From Hemiscyllium ocellatum (Eukaryota), in the NCBI RefSeq assembly GCF_020745735.1, contig NW_026867540.1, positions 434,001 through 498,000 of the forward strand: a DNA stretch of 64,000 nucleotides, in the 5' to 3' direction. How positions within the stretch are numbered: the stretch's first letter is position 1; each line of letters opens with the position of its first letter. The notes below the pieces were generated by a model. That model saw only the letters and a program-made list of their open reading frames with translations. It was not told the origin of the DNA and did no database searches. Shown piece after piece: positions 37,930 to 51,075 of this stretch. A program made the position numbers and the translations under genes.

Positions 37930-40900
37930 CAAGCTGCAAACGTGAACACAGAAAGCTTGATCAACGATTGTTAAGAGAAAGAAGGTAAAGATTGTATGAG
38001 ATCAAAGGAAACTGCTTAGGACAATGCCGGATATTGTGGTACACCATAATTTCAGAGAAACGTCGGACCGAGCAAAGGAGGTCTCAGAAACTGATAAGAA
38101 AATCAAACAGAGAACTTGACTTCCACCTAACAAGAAACACGACGACTTCTAAAAAGCTTCTTTCAGTCCTTGAAAGTGGAAACAAAAGCAAGATGAAATG
38201 TGGAGCAGTGAATGAGCAGGCAGGATAATTTGTTGTACAGGACAGAAGTAAATATAGGTGAACTAAACATTTACTGTGACTGCCATAAGATCCAAAAAAA
38301 TCTCACGAAATATCAATTGACCATGTGCTTTGTGTGACAAAAGAATAAATACATTCATATCAATGATAGGATTGTATTTGAAAACATAGGCGGATTGATC
38401 TTTGGTAAATCTCCAATAATTGTGGAGGTAGGAGTAATAGACATATTGACTACATCGGATATCACTATGTTATTTACGTGTACATACTGCAAAGGCAGGA
38501 AGCCATTAAATTTGATTGGAATCTTCTAAACACCTTCTGATTTTTCAGGAGCGAAGGACTGGAAGAGTAGAAAAAGACAGATCAGTTAACTTGCTATCCG
38601 TCATAAGGAATCTGTCGAGGTATGGTAAAGGATGTGAGACTGCATATTTAGAAAGCACGAGAAAGATTGGAGAGAATGATAACTCATTTATGGAAGAAAA
38701 CTTATAATTGATTAACTTTTTGTGAATAATTTCGAAGATGTTTCTTGTCGCTATAGATATTGGAGAACAAGTGGATGTAATGCATTTGATTGCTCAGGAG
38801 AATATTTTAAGAACTCATATCGTGAGATAGCCCACGCAAGTAAATGAAAGGTTATTGAGAGCGACATATGCAAATGAGAGAGAGAGAAGTTAGGTTAGCC
38901 TTCATTTAAAGGGAATCGGAATACAAAAGTACATTCATCCTGCACAAGTTAGTCAGATCCGAGATGAGACTGTACCTTGAGTATCGTGGCCAGTTAGGTG
39001 TCTTAAATTAAGACAGAATATACAGACCACAGAGGAATTACAGAGGATATTTTCCAGATTAATCCTTCAAATGGCAAGATTATCTGATGAGGAAAAACCG
39101 TCCGTGTTCTCTAGTGTTTCAAAGAATTAGAGGTGAACGCAGCGAAACAAAGCACGTTCTTTTCGGAGAGACAGACGAACAATGGGATATAGAGAAGTGC
39201 TGGAAGACAGATTTGGAGTCACCCCAAAATTTCGTTGACGTACCTAAAATGCACAGAATAACCAGGAAACAATTAGGACCCATTACAAACCAGGGGAAAA
39301 CTGCGTGGGACTGGAGAACATTGTCAGATTGTTACATGGACGCGTTACATTTTTTTTTACTTGGGAGAAGAAGAATGCAAGTCTCGAATACCAGAAAATG
39401 ACTGTGAAGCTCCTGAGCAGATTGACATAAGACGTGAGCAAGGTTTTCGCTCGTCCACATATTAACAAATCTCAATTACAAATGGGTTGTATCCCAGGCT
39501 TCTGTGCCGGACGAGAGAAGACAGGCCATGCTGTGAATTTGACAAGAGAATTTGGGCATAGAGAGAGGGGTGTGGAAGTGGGAGGCGGTAAGTGAGGATT
39601 AGAGCACAGCTAACGTGATTCCACATCACAGGAAGTATGTTGAAGATGCACCGGGGAACTGCAGACCCGTAATTATCAGATCAGTGTTCGGTAAACGATT
39701 GAAGAAAAGGAGGAAGGAGAGCACAAATCCTCATTTTCAGAGGCAAAGTTTGATCAGGTCAAGTTAATATGACGTTTTCGGATGGTACCCATCCCAAAAG
39801 AAGTTGTTGGGTTTTTTAGGAGAGGCTGTTTTTATGTTTTCTCGGGAAGGCATTTGACAAAGTCCCCCTTGGGAAACTGTTCAAGGAAATAAACTCCTAT
39901 GGTCTCAACGGTGAATTGGCAAATGGCATCTAACACTGCATTCGTGACAAGAGAAGGAAGATGGTGTTAGAACGTTGTTTGTGTGACTGGAGACAAGGGT
40001 ACGGTGGTGTATGACATGGAACGATGCTGTGCCCTTTAGTATTTGTGGCCTTCATAAATGATTTGGTGTAAATGTGGAGGGCTATGGGGTATGGGTGAGG
40101 GTGATAAGTGAGACTGTGTTTGACACATAGATTGGGTGTCTTATTGGCAGCGAGGAGGAAGGTCTTATGATACAGGACTAATTAACATGGAGTGGTCAGC
40201 TTGGCAGAGTAATGACAGATGGAATTTACATCTGATAACTGGGAGGGGATGTACTTTCGAAGAAGGAGACAGACAAGGATTAATGAATGAACGTAATAAT
40301 ACTTGAAAGATCGGAAAGTGACTCTCTACAGTTCCCTGAATGTTACTAGATGGGTTAATACTTTATTTTCAAAATGCATCAAGGACCATATACACAGCTT
40401 TTATTTTCGAGGCATAAATCATAAAAGCTGTACCCAACATTCGTCGAGCTGTACATGCGGTTCTGGGCGCCACATTACAGGAAGAATGTTAGTGTACTGG
40501 AGGGCTGGAAGACGAGATTGACTATGAAGAGAGTTTGTTGCAGCTCAAGTTGTTTGCTTTGCAGCAGAGAAGGCTATGGGTGGGTTTAATTTTGAGTCAT
40601 ACAATTACAAGGGGCATTGACAGTGAGGATAACAGGAGCTGTTCCTTTTAGATACGGAGAAAGTGAGGACTGCAGATGCTGGAGATCAGAGCTGAAAAAT
40701 GTGTTGCTGGAAAAGTGCAGCAGGTCAAGCAACAACCAAGGAGCAGGAGAATCGACGTTTTGGGCATAAGCTCTTCTTCAGGAATGAGGAAGGTGTGCCA
40801 AGCAGGCTGCGATAAATAGGTAGGGAAGAGGGATTTGGGGGAGGGGCGTTGGGAAGGTGATAGGTGGAAGGAGGTTAAGGTCAGGGTGATACCCGCTCTC

Positions 40901-43800
40901 CGGCCTATCACATCTCCGGCCTGGCACATCTTCCTCCTTCCTGAAGAAGTGCTTATGCCCGAAACGTCGATCCTACTGCTTCTTGGATGCTGCCTGACCT
41001 GCTGCGCTGTTGCAGCAACACATCTTACAGCGTTTAGAACCTGGACAAGAGCAAGGGAACATAGTTTTAAAGTGAAGAGTTTCAGATGTAAAATGAATTT
41101 AACGAGATTTTTTTCATCCATTGTGCAGGGGGAGAAAGTATTTGCAGTAGGCAACCTTAGACCACTACAAAATGCTTTGACAAGAATTTAAATCTCATAA
41201 AATTCACAGCTACAGACCGCTTGTTAGAAACTGACTCTGCCATCGAATGTGCTGTACATCTGTCATTGGAGAGTCTGTGCTCCTGTGATTATATGATTGC
41301 AGAATGTAGATCATTGAGCAGCTTAAGACAGGATTCCTTGTGTTCCTGAGGAGTATATTAACAATAACTTTAAAAGTGAAATGTAACAGGTTCTAAAAGT
41401 ATTCCAGTGGGAAAGGAAACAAAAAGACACAAATGCAGCTTTCTTGCTATCTGAAACCAGGGAATGGAGAACAGGGTCATGGCAGAGTTATGAAGAACGA
41501 AGAACAACGAACGGAAAGATCTATTGAGTAACACCTCACCGTAAAATCTATGAAAGGAATGTGATAAGTGTTTTCGCTGTTTTTAAGCAACTTCCAGTGG
41601 TTAAATAAAATAAGTTCCTGGCACTCACCTTAAAACCAATAAGTAATAATTTATTTCTTTAATTTTAACAATGAACAAATTAAATAAACTATTACGAAAT
41701 AATTTAAATGCCTTCTAACTGCTAACTGATGCCGAATAACATGCGATTCTAATGGCATGACTCTAAATCCCACTCATGCACAAAGGAAAAGAATTTAGTC
41801 TTTGGAACTATGGCCAAGTTATGTGTGTTCCGGAATATTGTGTGCATCCTCCACTGACTCTTTTGCCAATAACTGCGTTTTTACCCCCGTTGGTAACGTT
41901 ATTACATAGTTGATGCTTTCTCTCATAAATAGATGACTATGATAGTCAAACACTCTTGAAAGAGCTGAGGGTTGTTTGAACTGGTGAATTGCAATTAGTT
42001 TTTCTTATGGTTGCCACGGGCCCCTCTTCTCTACTTGTGTGTTTCTCTCAGTAATTTCAGCAGAGGATTGGTCTGTGTTGCCAAAAACTCAAATTTGAAT
42101 GTGATACATTTTTGATGTCCAGGTGAGAGACGAACGTTAATTGATTAAATTTAAAAGCCTACTGTCTTGGTGAAACTGCTGCTTGGCCGTATTACTGCAC
42201 TGCCTTTCGAAAGAAATGATTCAATTCGGGCACTGTGGGTCGTGGCAAACACAATGCATTGTCAGACATCCATTTCACATCTCTCAGCACAGAAACAAAT
42301 CATAACCTTTTCAAGCGAACGTGCAATGTTTTTCTCCCTAGCACATTACCAACATCAAGTTCCCAACACGTTTAGTTCAGTTTCGTCAACACAGAAGACA
42401 ATGAAATTTGAAAAAAAAACTAGCATCTCTCAGAAACCTAAGCCTGGTGAGGAAAAGGGACTAAAATAAAATTGCTAATAAGCATGTTTTGGAGAAATTA
42501 TTTGGAATGAAGGTAACTGATGTAGACAACGTCAACATAGATTAAGAAGTAGGAAACATATTTGAAATACCGACTGAGAGATAAGTTATGCAGAAGCAAT
42601 GGATGCAATGAATTTGGACTTTCGGAAAGAATTTTGATAAAGTGCCAAGCCTAGTGTTAGAATCATATCTTATGGGATTGTGGCTAATATATGGACATGG
42701 TTTTTGCATGGGAGAATAGACATAAAAGAGTGAGTTGAATAATATAATATTTCTATTGGACTGGGAGGCACAACGGATGTTACGGGACTAGAGGCCTCGA
42801 CCCCACCTATAAACAATGTATATCAAACATTTTGTTGAATAAATCAAATGCAATATTTCCAGTTCTGCTGATGGCACTAAACTATGTCGGATTGTGACTG
42901 GTAAGGAGGATGTAAAAAAGCTTCAAGGCGATTGAGACAATGGAATGGATTGGAAAATGCGTTGCAGACGAAGAGCAATGTGGATACATGTAACTTTGCG
43001 CATTTTGTGGTAAAAATAGAATAACAACCTACCATTCGAAAAAGGTTGGTTGGAAAGCTTTGGTCCGTAAAGGGACTCGTATCTTTTTGTGTTTTCTTCT
43101 GTGCTGACCTCCGTGGTCCTTACAGAGCAGCGAGTTAAGAAACTAGAATTTAATACTGCAACTGGCGTTGGCAGGCTGAGCAGTCGATATATGCCCATAA
43201 AGTGGGTAGCTGTAACATGGAAAAAGGATCTGGATCTCCTTGTAAATCAGTCACTGAAATCAGTATTAAAGGAATCGAAAGCATTGAGGAAGGCAATGGT
43301 ATGTTGATCCTCAGTTCAAGGGAATTTGAATTCAGTGGTAAGGATGTCTCACTGCAGCTGTCCAGAATCATGGTGGGCTTCATCTCGAACACAGTGCATG
43401 AGAGTGTGCTGTTTTGGTTGTCTTTAACAAAGAGAGGACAAACCTGTCATTGAAGGAGTGCAGTGTAGGATGACCAGATTGATCTCTGGGATGACAGGCT
43501 TGTTGTGTGAGCAATGTTTGGATCGAATTGGCCTGTATTCCATGAGGTTTAGAAAAACATGTGGAAATCTCAGTAAAATAAACAACGCTCTGAAAAGGTG
43601 AAACTGATTGAAATCAGGGACGATAATTCCCCTGGCTGGGACGTCTCAGACAAGGAGCCAGATTATCAGAGATAGGCAGGCACTCAGCATTGTTTGCCAT
43701 CAGAGACTGTGTGAACCTGAGAGATTCTCAGCAACATAAAGCTGTGGAAGCCAAAGTACTGAATATAAACAAGGATTCCTGGGCATTAAAGGAATGGCAG
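37930..43800 (+). mobile_element. Series of old CR1-like fragments (37930-39150, 39560-41250, 42480-43800)
   Basis: Repeated KAFDKVP-like, ADGTKL and FQRIRGE remnants. Confidence 0.7.
40655..41030. mobile_element. Fold-back Penelope fragment nested in a CR1 3' end
   Basis: Minus arm 40655-40890 and plus arm 40890-41030, each with a CTGAAGA hammerhead-like core. Confidence 0.8.
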
Positions 43801-44962
43801 TATGGTTCCCTCTAAAAGACTTACCTCAAGGGTCAGTGAACAGCATTTTCAACAGCAGCAGGAGCGGTGAGAGTGAAGAGCTGAGTTGGAGTGGCCGAGT
43901 TGAGCTCTGCAAAGATGAGTGAACGGATATATTTGGACAGTGATTGAACTCAAGACACTCTACGTGCAATGTCTCCCACCCGTCTGCCTCCTCCTGGCAA
44001 AATAAACTGTGTGGTGTTGAGTAGGTAAGGTTTTTTTCTATTGTTTTTTATTCTCTGATCCAACTAGTCTGCTCATTCTGTGATGGGCCTGTGGAGATAT
44101 TCTTGTTGATGAACAGTGAAGTCTCATACCCATAGTACTTTCTATGCAGTTGTCACCCTCAGTGCTTCCAGTGATCTGTTTTCAACATCGCGGGGACTGA
44201 TGAATCTAGAGGGGTTGAGTGGAGGGCAGTATATATATTTACTCAGTCAATTTCCTTGACCATCTTCGATTTTTTTATCAGGAGATTTCCATGGTTCTGG
44301 AATCAGTGTTGGAGAATTCCATGGTAAATACTTTCCTGACTGAATACCAAGGTGTCACCAAAAGTGGTGGTTGTCTTGAGCCGGTGCATAAGGACATACT
44401 CAGGCATGGTGATGGAGCATCATGAAACATTTTCCATCTGGTCTTACTCTATGAGAATGACGATGCCAGAGTGTTTCCTGATCGGTCAAAATCAGTCATA
44501 AAAGCGACATTGGAGCAGGGAGTAAATGTAAAAAAAAAGCTGGCTGAAACGTAACTGTCGGAAATATGTTTTTCTCTCAAAAGACTTTGACAAATTCTTC
44601 GCATGTACTGAGGGAAATAGAAGCGAATTAATGGAATTAGAGAGTATGACTGCAGAAGGACTGATACTTGGAATTCAATATGCAGAATATTTTGCAGCTG
44701 CCAGTGTTATACAAAACTGAAAAGTAAGTGGGGTAGATCTCCAAATAAGGGGTGACATATATGATCAAAAAAGAGGATTTCACATCAAATTATCAAGGCA
44801 TTGGCTTAATCTTATTGCTTTTGAATATAAGCTGCCAATTGAGGTGTGTTTGAGGAGCGATATTCACCTTTAGGCCGAATAGATCTCAACAATCTTAATG
44901 GGCAGAACGGACTTTGTGATGTTGATCTTCGTCATGTCACAGTTTGCAGACACCATTCTGTC

Positions 44963-45170
44963 AATGTTATGTAACTAAAATTCTCCAGAATATTTTATAA
45001 CCGGCTTTCGCCGTGGCATTCTACATTTGACATTCCATGGAATGTTCTTTGACAGGCGTTTTCTGGAACACCCCATAACCTACATTCTTGAGGATGTTCC
45101 ATAACCGGCTTTCTGTGGAACATTCCATAACTAACGTTACCCAGGGTATTCTATAATTGACAATATTTAT
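44963..45170. repeat. Degenerate minisatellite, 8 x 26 bp
   Basis: Eight indel-free 26-nt units, for example aatattttataaccggctttcgccgt, gatgttccataaccggctttctgtgg and aacattccataactaacgttacccag. Confidence 0.75.
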
Positions 45171-45715
45171 GAACAGCCGGGAAAATTCGAATTGAACTGA
45201 AAGAAAGAACACAAGGGAAGAGATACCATTCCTAGGATAAGGAGACATTGTTTCAAGTCACCTCAGACAATTAAAGGGGTGAACGAGTTTTTGCTGCGTT
45301 TAATTTCTTCATTACAGAGTGTCAAATATAACTTTTACTAATATTTCCAACCTTCGCTTGTCTTCAAAGACACAGAAGATAACTATTCAGGACGGCAACC
45401 TTTTTCCTGTTCGAATTAGGATCTGTCAAAAAAAGTGACCTGTGTCTGCTCTCGGCAGACCAAATGTGTGGGAATGTTTCAGAAACGATCTGCGCTTATT
45501 GATGTGTGTCTGTGATTGTGGTGGGAGGGATTATTGTGTTTGATTTCGCATTTTCCTCGCAATTTAGAACTTCTAATTAAGTCAATTCAGCTCCAATTAT
45601 TTCAATATGACCTCTGAGTACAATGTCATCTCTGAAAATCTCACTTGGTCCCCAATAAAACTGGTAATATTGCTTCCAGGCTGAGGTATAATTTATTTGT
45701 TTTCCTTCCTTTCAG

Positions 45716-46612
45716 GAAACTTAGTAACGATCTACGTCGTGATTTATAGAGATTGTGGATTGTCTCCATGTGTCAGTCGTTACCAGGAACCATGACAGTA
45801 GCGGATCTGATAGTCAATATCCGCAATCTGATATTGTGACCCATTCCCATTGTTTATTGGGAACATTTTTATTTCCTATTGTCAACCCCTGGCTGTAATA
45901 ACCATGCCGTCTTGCTTTATGAAGCCACGGAGTGTTCTGTCTGTTTCACTGTCAGTTTCACCTTTGATCGAATTTTATCTATTTGTACCTGCAGATTAAA
46001 AGTAAGTATTGCAGTCAGAAAACTGCAGCTGTGGTTCTGGGAGCAGTGACTGTGTTGAGCTGCTTAAAGAACACTTTTTTGTTATTGTATGCTCACCACT
46101 TCTTATTTTCTTGTGAATGTATTTGCGAGGGTTTGCCTTTCAATTGGCTATGTTGGAACTCCTCGTTTCTGGATTATAATCGAGTTCATCTACTACATTC
46201 GAAATACCGCTCTCCCATTTCTCCTGATTCTGCTGCTCAATGTTTTCACCGTGAGATTCATTTTAGTGACGAGCAGAGCACGCAGGACACTTCGAGTTCA
46301 AACCAATGAGGATGATATGTAGAACACAGAAAGAAGAAATCGCAAAAGGTCCATCATTATACTGTTTGTAATCACGGCCAATTTCATCCTATTATGGCAA
46401 AGGCTAAATATGTATTTTATGTCGCACCATATGGGGGGCATTGGGTATACATCTGTGTCTCGCGACTGGTTTGTGCAGGATATGGAATTCATGCTGCAGT
46501 TCCTCAATTCCTGCACAAATTCTGTAATTTATGTCGTGACCCACACTAATTTCAGAATGTGCTGAATTATCCCATTTCCCAAACTCATCAATCAATTATA
46601 TTTACTCATTAA
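45716..46612 (+). pseudogene. GPR139-like GPCR pseudogene, exon 2
   Basis: Acceptor tttccttcctttcAG at 45714-45715, then NLVTIYVVIYRDCGLSPCVSRY / MTVADL..IL* / SVCFTVSFTFDRI / KSKYCSQKTAAVVLG / LPFLLILLLNVFTVRFILVTSRARR / RKRSIIILF / LNSCTNSVIY. Several frameshifts and in-frame stops (TGA 45837-45839, TAG 46320-46322). Confidence 0.9.
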
Positions 46613-49379
46613 CCAATCCAGTCCGTAGAAGGAAGCTGTCGCTATGGTAACAGACTGATAGTCGTGCTTGTGTATCCAAACTTCATTCACAGGGATTACA
46701 GGGACAAATTTCAATGTTTCAATGCAGGGGCCAGTGAGAAAAGGCAACCACCCACTGATTGCATCTGACAATTCTATGTGTAAATCATAAAAATGACCAT
46801 TATAAAGTGCCAAGCAGCAGAGGGAAATATGTTGCTGTTTGTCTTTATGTCGAAGAAGTTGGGTTGGTTAACGACAGAGTTGACCCCATGTCTTGCTTCT
46901 CAGGAAAGAGGAGGAAAGCAGGGGCGAGGTCAGGAGATGTGTTCAAGTCGCTCTGTCCTTGCTTTCGCCCCTGGGTAATCCTTTCCGACTTAGCTCGGGC
47001 ATAAATCATTTCTCGGCCTTTGTCCGTCTCCCTCCACACCTGCTCCCAATCTCACAACGTCCATACGTCTCTTCCCCCTTCTCCCATTTCGACACTCTAT
47101 TGCATGGCTCCTCTATTCCCTATTGTCCTTCACTCCGGCGCTTCCTCCCAATCTCCCTCTTTCTAAATGTCTTTTCTTTGAATCCTCTTTCACATTCCAT
47201 TATTAGGCGGAACAGGGAAGAATATACCGGAAACGCATTTTGCTCGTATGGGACATTAGCAAAGCACAGTTGCTGGGCAACACAGTGAATGTGAGAATAC
47301 TGATTAATACTGGTGGTAAATGTCGGGTTGGCCCGGGATACAGAGTGGAGTGGGGCAACAGGCCTGCCAGATGGAATAGATTGTTTTGGACCACGGTCTG
47401 TTGCTGGTGAACAGAGTGAGGAATTGGTACAAAGGCGTTTCTCGGGCATTAACTTGGGCTGGATTCGCAGGAGTGTGCTCATGGTAGAATGTGTGCGGGG
47501 GAATGAGTGCGAAGGTGGGAGAATTTACAAGGCAGTGAACGTATTGGTGGAAGAGTATGTGTAGGAGAGACCATGATGGTAGTGTGTGCAGAAGAGTGAG
47601 GGTAACGGTGGCAGAGTGTACGGGTGAGTCAGAATGACAGTGTGTGGAGCGTGCGGTCGATTGAATATGAGAGTGCGGGAGTGTGCAGGCGAGTGAACAT
47701 CACACTGTGTCAGTGTGCAGAGATGAGAGCGTGATGGTGGGGGCATGTTCACGGGAGTGAGTATGAAAGTGACAGTGAAGGAGGGAGGCACACTGAGGGA
47801 GTAACTGTGAGGACGTTGGACTAACAGTGAAGGTGCGAATGAGATGAGTGGTGTTACTGAGACAGAGTTGGATCCAGTCTGAAGGAAGGACTGCGACTGA
47901 GGGAAGAAGCGTGACAGATTGGGAGGACGTGTGAAGGAGCGAATGCGAGGGGATTACTTTGTTAATCGCGATATGGCAACGATGGAATGATTTAAATTGA
48001 GAGAGAGCACCTGTGACAGTGTGGGACTGAGTAAAAGTGTGCGGTAAGAGGGATCAAGTGGGAGAGGGTGCGCTATATCGTCAGCGAGACAGAGATGGCG
48101 GGATTGAGCGTGATCAAGAGAGACAGAGAGAGCGAGACGAGAGTGCATAAGGAAGTAACTGATACTGAGGGGAAAAGGTGAGCAAACTTGACCGATAGGA
48201 GCAGAGACATCGCTTGAGGCTGAGGCGAGGTGTAATGAGAGAGCGAGACCAAGAGGGATGTAGGCAGTCAGCAAGACCTAGAGCGAGGGAGAGACAGAGC
48301 TAGAATCAGAGGAAGGGGATGAGCGATACTGAGAATGAGGAAGTGAGCGACAGGTAGAGGGTGAGAAGGATTCGGTGAGACCCAGAAGGAGCGAAAGAAT
48401 GAGCGAGACAGACAGGGTGGGGGTGAGCGAGATCCAGAGGAAGGAAAGGCATGAGCGGCACTGAGAGAATGTTCCTCAGGCCGGAAAGGAGGGAACGAAT
48501 GAGCGATATCGACAAGAAAGAGAGGGAGTAAATAACAGCAAAACGTCCACATGGATTTATCAAGACTGAGAGGGAGGGTGTCAGCAAGACCAAGAGGGCA
48601 CGAAAGAGTAGGCGACACAGGATGGAATGCGTGAGTGAGACCAAGACAGAGTGAGTAAGCCATACATAGTGGAAAGGAGCGACAATGAATGGGAGGGAGG
48701 GAGGGAACGAGCGAGACTGAATGGGAAGGAAACAATGAATGATAATGAGATGGAGGGAATTAGTGAGACTAAGAGATCACAAGGGAGTCTACGAGACTGA
48801 GAGGGAGGTGGGGAATAATTGAGTGAGACTGAAAGGGAGGGAATGACTCAGAGTGAGGGAGGTTAGGAGGGAGTGAAAAATAAGAGTGAGTGCGATGGAG
48901 TGAGTGAGTCTGAGAGGGAGCGAGTGAGCGAGATGGAGCGGAAGAGAGGGAATTAGTGAGATTGAAAATAGGGAAGGAGGAGGCAAGATGAACAGGAAGG
49001 GCGAAAGAGAGTGAAAGACTGAGAGGGAAGCAGTGATCAAGACCAGTTGGCAGGGGCAGTTAGTTGAGACGAAGAGGACCTGAACGAAGGTGACTGAGAG
49101 GAATGAGTGAGACCAAGAGGGGAACGAAAGAGCCTGAACAACAGTGAACAAGCAAGACGCAGCGGAATGGCTTGAAACCCAGGTGAAGGACAAGAAGCAG
49201 TCGGAATTGGCGGGAATGAAAGAAATGTAGGGGGTTGAAAGGAGTGGAGAGATTGAGAGAGCGCATGAGGGAGTGAGTGAGACTGAGAGGGAGTGAGGGA
49301 CCGAGTGGGAATAAGAGAGTGTTTGGGAATGAGCAAGAACGAGAGAGAGCGTGTGAAAAGAAAGGACTGTAAGAAAAGC

Positions 49380-51075
49380 AGTCATCTGCCATGAGTTGCC
49401 AGGGAAATAAGGGAGGCTATCAAATTGAAAGGGAGGGCATGCAAAGTGGCCAAGAACAACAGGAAACAAGGATATTGGGAAAATTTTAAAGTTCAAGAAA
49501 AAGCCACAATAAGAGCCGACAAATTAAAGTGTGATCGAGTCCGAGAGCAAAACTAGCACAGAACAGAAACACACTAATGTTTCTATCACGAAATAACGCA
49601 AAACTCAGTGGCGAACTTAAACGTTGGTTCCATAGAGGATAAGAGGAGGCATTATGAAATCGTGGTAGCATTGAGCAGGTACTTTGTATTGGTTTTCGCA
49701 GTGGTGGACAGTAACAACGATTAACTGACAAATAACTTACTGTACAGTGTGGACCTGGAAAAGTCATTCTTCGAAGAGGTGTTTGGAAAGCGAATGGAGT
49801 GAAGGATACCCTGATCTCCTGGCCCTGATGGAATGCATCACAGTGTATTAATGGAGAATGCGGGCGAAATAGCATGTGCATTGGTGGTAATTTTATAAAA
49901 TTCACTGAACTCTCAGGCTGTCGCAACAGATTACAAAACAACAAATGTAACACCGTTGTTTTAAAAGGCAGGTAGTCAATAGATGTATAATTATAAACCA
50001 GTTAACTTAACTTGGTGACGATGCATGCGTCTATTATTAAGGAATCTCAATAGAAATTGTACCTTTGGGCAGACGCAGCATTGGTTCATGGAGGTAATTT
50101 TCACAGGTATTTTGGAATTGCACGAAGAAATTCCCAGCAAGATAAACAACGAGAACGCAGTGGACGTGGTGCACCAAGATTTCCAAAAGGCCTTCAACAC
50201 CTTGCCACAAAAATAAACAGCTGCATAAAATAAAAATGTATCGCATTATGGGTAATATATTAGCATTGATAGAGGATTGGTTGACTAACAAAGAGTCAAA
50301 TTCGGGTATAGATGTTTGCTATTCTGGCTGGCAATCATTGACGAGTAGTTTGTTTCAGAGATCAGTGTTGGGACTGCAATTAATCGCAACTTATGCAGAT
50401 CATTTGGAGTTGGGGGTCCATGTGTTGTGTGTGAATGTTTGCAGAAGTCAATGAGATGAGTGGCACAGTAAATTGTTTAGAGGACAGTGATACTTTTCTG
50501 AGGAACATAGATATTTCAGTGAGTGGAATACAAGGTTAATAATAGTAAATGCACAGAAAAAGGACGATTACTGGAATGATTAAAACAAAATTCAGAATGC
50601 TGATCCGCAGAGGGAACTGTGTGTCCTCATGCATAACTCACAGACGGTTGGTCCACAGCTATAACAAGTATTCAGGAAGGCTAATGGAATTTCGTCCTTC
50701 ATTGTTGAAGGGATTGGGTGCTCATAAGGTCGCACCTGGATTACAGCGTGCAGTTTTGGTCTCTTTATTTTGGAAAAGATGGACTGGCTCTGGTGGGGGT
50801 CCTGAGGAGGGACAAAGGGTTGATTCCGGGATTGAGGTGATTGGCTCATGTGGAGAGACTGAGTAGACTGGATAGACTGGATTCCCGAAGAACGGCTTAT
50901 GCTCGAAACGTCGAATCTCCTGTTCCTTGAATGTTGCCTGACCTGCTGCGCTTTTCCAGCAACACATTTGTAGCTCTAGACTGGATATAATTTCATTGCA
51001 ATTTAGAAGAATGAGGGGGTTCCCATAGAGACAAATAAAACAAGGAAAGGAATAGATAAGGTAAAAGTAGGGAGG
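49380..51075 (+). mobile_element. CR1-like fragment inserted in the GA-rich array
   Basis: AVDVVHQDFQKAFN, LIEDWLT, QRSVLG. Confidence 0.8.
50883..50976 (+). mobile_element. 94-bp Penelope 3' mini-insertion in a CR1
   Basis: Hammerhead-like segment plus family terminus, flanked by TAGACTGGAT at 50873-50882 and 50977-50986. Confidence 0.75.

Noticed and set aside
41560-42280. Possible solo LTR (TGTGA...TCACA)
   Set aside because: No target-site duplication and no second copy in the window.
44963-45170. Regularly phased repeats as a possible CRISPR-like array
   Set aside because: Contiguous tandem units with no unique spacers, in a vertebrate context with no cas genes.
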